The position numbers and the translations under genes are program-made. Shown piece after piece: positions 52,469 through 64,000 of a DNA stretch of 64,000 bases. This stretch comes from Octopus vulgaris (taxonomy: Eukaryota), in NCBI GenBank assembly GCA_951406725.2, contig OX597819.1, forward strand, positions 134,664,001 through 134,728,000. Direction: 5' to 3'. Within the stretch, counting starts at the first letter, position 1. The number at the start of each line of letters is the position of its first letter. The notes beneath the pieces are model-generated. The model saw nothing but the letters and a program-made list of their open reading frames with translations, made no database searches and was not told the origin of the DNA.

Positions 52469-52815
52469 TTTATCGTCACTGAGTAACGTAATTAGGTAGA
52501 GGAAAGAAATACAGATATTCTAGAGTTGAGTTGGGGAGGGGGAGGTCCAGTTGAGGCGGGTAATATAGGAGAGCAACCAGTGGGGAAGGTTGGGGTAAGG
52601 AGGAACGATGGCAGGAAGGGTTGGTGTAGGTTCCTAAGAAATAAAGACATTCGTTATCGTCACTGAGGTAGAGGAAAGAATACAGATATTCTAGAGTTGA
52701 GTTGGGGAGGGGGGTCCAGTTGAGGTGGGTAATATAGGGGAGCAACCTGTGGGGAAGGTTGGGGTAAGGAGGAACGATGGCAGGAAGGGTTGGTGTAGGT
52801 TCCTAAGAAATAAAA
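52469..52815 (+). repeat. Tandem direct duplication of ~165-175 bp purine-rich segment
   Basis: ttatcgtcactgag...ttcctaagaaataaa occurs twice. Confidence 0.85.
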
Positions 52816-52998
52816 ACGTAGGATATTACGAGGCGGGAGGGTGCTAAAGGGGATAGTCGGAATGAGGCAGTGTCAGGAGGAAGCGTAAGATCGGTGGGCA
52901 GTTGACGAGCTATGGCGCTAGCAGCTTGTCTTTTCACAGTGAAAGCATATGAGGAGAAGGGGTAGTGGGGGGAGGAGGAGGGAGTAGGGCGTACCCGG

Positions 52999-53182
52999 TA
53001 TGTGTATATATATATATGTATATATATATGTATATATATATGTATATATATATGTATATATATATGTATATATATATGTATATATATGTATATATATATA
53101 TATGTATATATATATGTGTATATATATATATGTGTATATATATATGTATATATATATGTATATATATATGTATATATATATG

Positions 53183-53219
<37 letters not shown>

Positions 53220-53372
53220 GTATATATATATGTGTATATATATATGTGTATATATATATGTGTATATATATATGTATATATATATGTATATATATATGTA
53301 TATATATATGTATATATATATGTATATATATGTATATATATGTATATATATGTATATATATGTATATATATG

Positions 53373-53403
<31 letters not shown>

Positions 53404-53440
53404 GTATATATATATGTATATATATATGTATATATATATG
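52999..53440. repeat. (TA)n-derived microsatellite
   Basis: Direct observation. Confidence 0.98.
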
Positions 53441-54954
53441 ATTGATTGATTGATTGATTCTAGTTTCAGCTTATGAGCTGTGGCCATGCTGGGGCACCGC
53501 CATTTGGTGTTGCTACTTGGTTTCACTTCATGGAGGCTTTCTAGCAACTGCTATTTGGTGCATGAGAGAGTTCGATGCAGCTGCCCTCATCTGCCCCTCC
53601 TGCCGTGAAGTTGGTTCATCTGGGACACCTGACAGGAAGAGATCCAGCTTCATTTTAAAGACATCTGTATCCACCCCATGCAGGTCTCTCAGGTTCTTCG
53701 GGAGGATATTGAAGAGCTGTGGGCCTCGGAAGCCCAGGCTATCACAGAATCTTGTCCTACATCTTGATGGCAGGTTTGGAGTCCTAGGCACCACGCAGTG
53801 GCGCCCAGTTCTGGCATTTGCGTAACTCTCGATGCCAAAGTTCAGGACACTTCCCTCCAGGATCTTCCAGATGTTTATTATGGCATATCTTTCCCGCCTA
53901 CGCTCCAGGGAATATAATTTTAATCTCTTGAGTCTTTCCCAGTAGCTTACATTCTGCATAGAGGCTATCTTCTTTGTGTAGCTTCGTTGGATCGCCTCAA
54001 GTTCTGTGATCAACTTGACACTGGATGGTGACCATAGCTGAGAGCAATAGTCAAAGTGGCTTAGGACAAGTGTCTTCCAGAGGACCATCATGGTTTCTTG
54101 TTCTCTTGTTCTAAAGGTTCTAAGAATCCATCCAGCCAGCCGTCTACATTTCATTGTCAGTTTAGCAACATGTACATGAAAGGTCGCGTCATCACTCATG
54201 TGAATACCCAGGTCACGCACTGATTGTGCCTCTGGGATTGCAATCCCTCCGGGTCCAGTGTATTCCTTGGGTATTGCATTCAGTTTTGCATGCTGATAGT
54301 ATAAAGCTTGAAACTTTCCAGCATTGAACTGCATGCTATTCTTTTCAGTCCACTTGTATATTTCGTCCAGCTCACATTGCAGGTGTTTAGTGTCCTCAGG
54401 GTTCTGTATTGCCTGTGAAACTTTTGTATCATCTGCATAACTTGTGATCGTGGCTCTCTGCGTGGCTGAGGGCATGTCTGAGAGGGCCATTATGAACAGT
54501 AGTGGTCCCAGAACAGTGCCCTGCGGAACACCGCTCACTATTTGTGTGTTAATGGAGGTGGCCCCATTGGCTACTACCACCTGACTTCTATCCTTCAGAA
54601 AGTCATGAAGCCATTCTCCCAGTTTTCCAACTATGTTGAGATCACGCAGTTTGTGACATATCATTCCATGATCGACTTTATCAAAGGCCTTTGCAAAGTC
54701 GAGATATATCACTTCCACATTTGAGTGGTTGAGCAGCCGTTTCAGCACCCAGTCATAGTGTTGTAGGAGCTGAGTTAAACAGCTTCTCCCTGGTCGGAAA
54801 CCATGTTGGGTGTCGGGCAGCAAGTCATTCTCTTCAAGGAAGGTGATCAGCTTCCTTCTGACTATTCGTTCCATGACCTTGCTGATGTGTGAGGTCAGAG
54901 AGATAGGTCTATAGTTCTTGGCTTCCGCTCTGCTACCTCCTTTATTAATGGGGC
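53441..54954 (-). mobile_element. 5'-truncated CR1/L2-like LINE with uninterrupted RT
   Basis: Open frame 54954-53528: [33 protein letters not shown]; (CAAT)n tail; (TA)n on both sides. Confidence 0.93.
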
Positions 54955-55772
<818 letters not shown>

Positions 55773-57689
55773 ATCATCATCATCATCATCATCGTTTAAC
55801 GTCCGCTTTCCATGCTAGCATGGGTTGGACGGTTCAACTGGGGTCTGGGAAGCCCGAAGGCTGCACCAGGCCAGTCAGATGTGGCAGTGTTTCTACAGCT
55901 GGATGCCCTTCCTAACGCCAACCACTCCGAGAGTGTAGTGGGTGATTTTATGTGCCACCGACACAGGTGCCAGACGAGGCTGGCAGACGGCCACGCTCGG
56001 ATGGTGTTTTTTATGTGCCACCGACACAGGTGCCAGACGAGGCTGGCAGACGGCCACGCTCGGATGGTGTTTTCTTATGTGTCACCGACACAGGTGCCAG
56101 ACGAGGCTGGCGGACGGCCACGCTCGGATGGTGTTTGTTACGTGCCCTCAGCACGGAGGCCAGTGATTGCGGTACTGGCTACGGTCACGTTCGGATGGTT
56201 TTCTTATGTGCCACCGGCACTGGTACCACAAGGATACAAATTCCATTGATGTTCATCTATTTTGATTTGGTTCGATTTGATTCGATACGATTCGATTCTC
56301 ACTTGCCTCAACAGGTCTTCACAAGTGTCACAAGAAGGAAGGTATGCACAGGTGGACTGACTACGTCCCAGGTAGGGGCCACGGATTATGGCTTCACTAG
56401 TCTTGCCGGGTCTTCTCACGCACAGCATACTTCCATAGGTCTCGGTCTCTAGTCATTTCCATGGTGAGACCTAACGTCCGAAGGTCGTGCTTCACCACCT
56501 CGTCCCAGGTTTTCCTGGGTCTACCTCTTCCACGGGTTCCCTCAACTGCTAGGGATTGGCACTTTCTCACACACCTATCTTCATCCATTCTCGCCACATG
56601 ACCATACCAGCGCAATCGTCTCTCTTGCACACAACAACTGATGCTTCTTAGGTACAACATTTCTCTCAAGGTACTAACGCTCTGTCGAGTAAGTACACTG
56701 ACATTACACATCCATCGGAGCATACTGGCTTCGTTCCTCACGAGCTTACGCATGTCCTCAGCAGTCACGGCCCATGTTTCACTGCCATGTAGCATAGCTG
56801 TTCGTACACATGCATCATACAGTCTGCCTTTTACTCTGAGCGAGAGGCCTTTAGTCACCAGCAGAGGTAAGAGCTCCCTAAACTTTGCCCAGGCTATTCT
56901 TATTCTAGCAGTTACACTTTCAGCGCACCCACCCCCACTACTGACTTGGTCACCTAGATAGCTTGAGCTATCAACTACTTCTAGTTTTCCCCCGGAAAGT
57001 GACAGAAGTTTTCTGCAGATTTTCGGAGGTCAATGCTCCAGAGTACCTGCCACATACAAAAACTATCTTCCCAGTTAGCCTACCTTTGACATTGCTGCAC
57101 CTCTTATGTGTCCATAGCTTACACTGGGTACATCTTATAGAGTTTCTACCTACACCTTTTCTACAGATCGAGCAGGGCCATCTTCCTGAGGATATTTGTG
57201 GGTTTTCTACCTTTCTACTTATTAGTACTTTGGTTTTAGCTAGGTTGACTCTAAGGCCCCTCGATTCTAAACCCTCCTTCCACACCTGGAACTTCTCCTC
57301 CAGTTCTGATAGTGACTCAGCGATTAGAGCGAGGTCGTCAGCATAGAGGAGCGCCCAGGGGCAACCTGTCTTGAATTACTCCACGATTGCCTGGAGGACT
57401 ATGATAAATAGGAGGGGGCTGAGTACTGAACCCTGGTGGACCCCAACCTCTACTTTGAATTCTTCTGTGTACATGTTGCCAACTCTAACCTTACTTACGG
57501 CATCTCTGTACATGGCTTGCACAGCCCTCACCAGCCATTCATCTATCCCTAGTTTCCTCATTGACCACCAGATGAGGGATCGGGGGACCCTATCAAAGGC
57601 TTTCTCCATGTCAACGAAAGCCAGGTACAGGGGCTTATCCTTGGCTAGGTATTTCTCCTGCAGCTGCCTTACCAGGAATATAGCATCAG
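55773..57689 (-). mobile_element. 5'-truncated RTE-clade LINE (RT with C4HC3 finger insert, tandem-repeat 3' UTR, (GAT)n tail)
   Basis: [55 protein letters not shown]; at least one frameshift near 56985. Confidence 0.92.
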
Positions 57690-60248
<2,559 letters not shown>

Positions 60249-60608
60249 AGCACTTGAAAGGCAAACACAGACAGATAAGAAAGAAAGAATGAAATGACGG
60301 CAATCTATCATACAATTTTAAGTTACCTACGGACGTACGTTTCGAAATCAAGTTTTAGGAAAGCATAAGAATTAGAAAATTCTACCTTACCCAAACTTCT
60401 TTTCTCATCGGCGCAGGATACTACAATTATGAATAATTGTATGTTAAATTTTGAGATACTAGAAGGCATCATCTCAACTCAGTGTCAGAGCGAGCCAAAG
60501 CATGACCAGTACCACGAAATTCAAAGTGTGAATGAAAGTTTGTGTCACCAGCCCCCTTCCACCCGCGTGTAGCCAAGACAAAATGCTGTGGTCATTTACT
60601 GGGATAAA
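60249..60608 (-). mobile_element. Short (TA)n-flanked element carrying a hammerhead-like motif
   Basis: 360-bp island between TA arrays; T-rich 3' end on the minus strand, as in the 4080-4752 element. Confidence 0.5.
60326..60417 (-). ncRNA. Hammerhead-like motif (CCGAUGA variant, long stem II)
   Basis: cctgcg-CCGATGA-GAAA agaagttt..agaatt ttct aattct..aaacttga TTTC-GAAA-CG-TA-cgtccgtagg; G-C closes stem II, ACGU stem III, weak stem I. Confidence 0.5.
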
Positions 60609-60620
60609 ATGATGATGATG

Positions 60621-62686
<2,066 letters not shown>

Positions 62687-62967
62687 TATATATATATATA
62701 GAAGGTCCTCTGGTATATATCCATATATATATATGTATATATATATGTATGTATTCTTTATTTAAAGCAGCAGAAAATTCAACAAAACCTGTTACTCTGA
62801 GTTTCCCGTTGCCAACATATATATATATATATATATATGTGTATGTATATATATATGTATATATGTGTGTATATATATGTGTATGTATATATATATGTAT
62901 ATATGTGTGTATATATATATATATGTATATATGTGTATATATATATATGTATGTATATATATATATA

Positions 62968-64000
62968 TTTATTATTATTTATTTATCTAGTTTCAGCTCA
63001 CAAGCTGTGGCCATGCTGGGGCACTGCCATTTGGTGTTGCTACATGATTTTACTTCACGAATGCTTTTTAGCAACTGCCATTTGGTGCATGAGAGAGTTC
63101 GATGCAGCTGCCCTCATCTGCACCTCCTGCCGTGAAGTTGGTTCATCTGGGATACCTGACAAGAAGAGATCCAGTTTCATTTTAAAGACATCTGCATCCA
63201 CCCCATGCAGGTTTCTTAGGTTCTTCTGGAGGATATTGAAGAGCTGTGCGCCTCGGAAGCCCAGGCTATCACAGTATCTTGTCCTACATCTTGATGGCAA
63301 ATTTGGAGTCCTTGGCACCACGCAGTGGCGCCCAGTTCTGGCATTTGTGTAACTCTCGATGCCAAAGTTTGGGGCAAGTCCTTCTCCAGGATCTTCCAGA
63401 TGTATATTATGGCATATCTTTCCCGCCTACGCTCCAAGGAATATAGTTTTAATCTCTTGAGTCTTTCCCAATAGCTTATATGCTGCACAGAGGCTGTCTT
63501 CTTCGTGTAGCTTCATTTGATCGCCTCAAGTTCTGTGATTAACTTGACACTGGATGGTGACCACAGCTGAGAGCAATAGTTAAAGTGGCTTAGGACAAGT
63601 GTCCTCCAAAGGACCATCATGGTTTCCTGCTCTCTTGTTCTGAAGGTTCTAAGCATCCATCCGGTCAGCCGCCTACATTTCATTGCCAATTTAGCAACAT
63701 GCACATGAAAGGTTGCATCATCACTCATGTGAATACCCAGGTCTCGCACTGATTGTGCCTCTGGGATTGCAGTCCCTCCAGGTCCAGTGTATTTATTGGG
63801 TATTGCATTTAGTTTTGCGTGCTGATAGCATAGAGCTTGAAACTTTTCAGCTTTGAACTGCATGCTATTCTTTTCAGCCCACTTGTATATTTTGTCCAGC
63901 TCACATTGCAGGTGCTTAGTGTCTTCAGGGTTCTGTATTGCCTGTGAAACTTTTGTATCATCTGCATAACTTGTGATCGTGGCTCTCTACGTGGCTGAGG
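62968..64000 (-). mobile_element. CR1/L2-like LINE 3' part, same family as 53441-54954, runs off the window
   Basis: [35 protein letters not shown]; (TAAA)/(TAA) tail; has a stop and a frameshift. Confidence 0.92.

Overview
Repeat-dense eukaryotic (animal) genomic DNA. The LINE/SINE repertoire and huge (TA)n tracts look like an octopod cephalopod; this is inference from recalled repeat families, not a search. The window has three parts. (1) 1.2-27 kb is one ~13 kb block present twice, with the copies meeting exactly at a 100-N gap, so probably a haplotype/overlap false duplication. It holds a CR1-like LINE, RTE-like 3' ends, a tRNA SINE and non-autonomous Helitrons. (2) 32.3-49.1 kb is the only supportable host gene: a + strand array of calcium-binding EGF exons (phase 1-1, 123 and 126 nt) in eight ~1.6-1.9 kb tandem units. 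It has 8 near-identical A exons, 4 intact B exons, 5 broken B exons and one LINE insertion. (3) 49-64 kb is (TA)n arrays interleaved with 5'-truncated LINEs, mostly on the minus strand. The most notable unannotated signal is four unrelated short elements sitting in or against (TA)n, each carrying a hammerhead-ribozyme-like fold (about 4.6/17.9, 29.9, 51.2 and 60.4 kb). Two lie in long palindromes, so both strands encode the motif; they resemble Penelope-like element ends or retrozymes. The long YI/IY ORFs are microsatellite artefacts.
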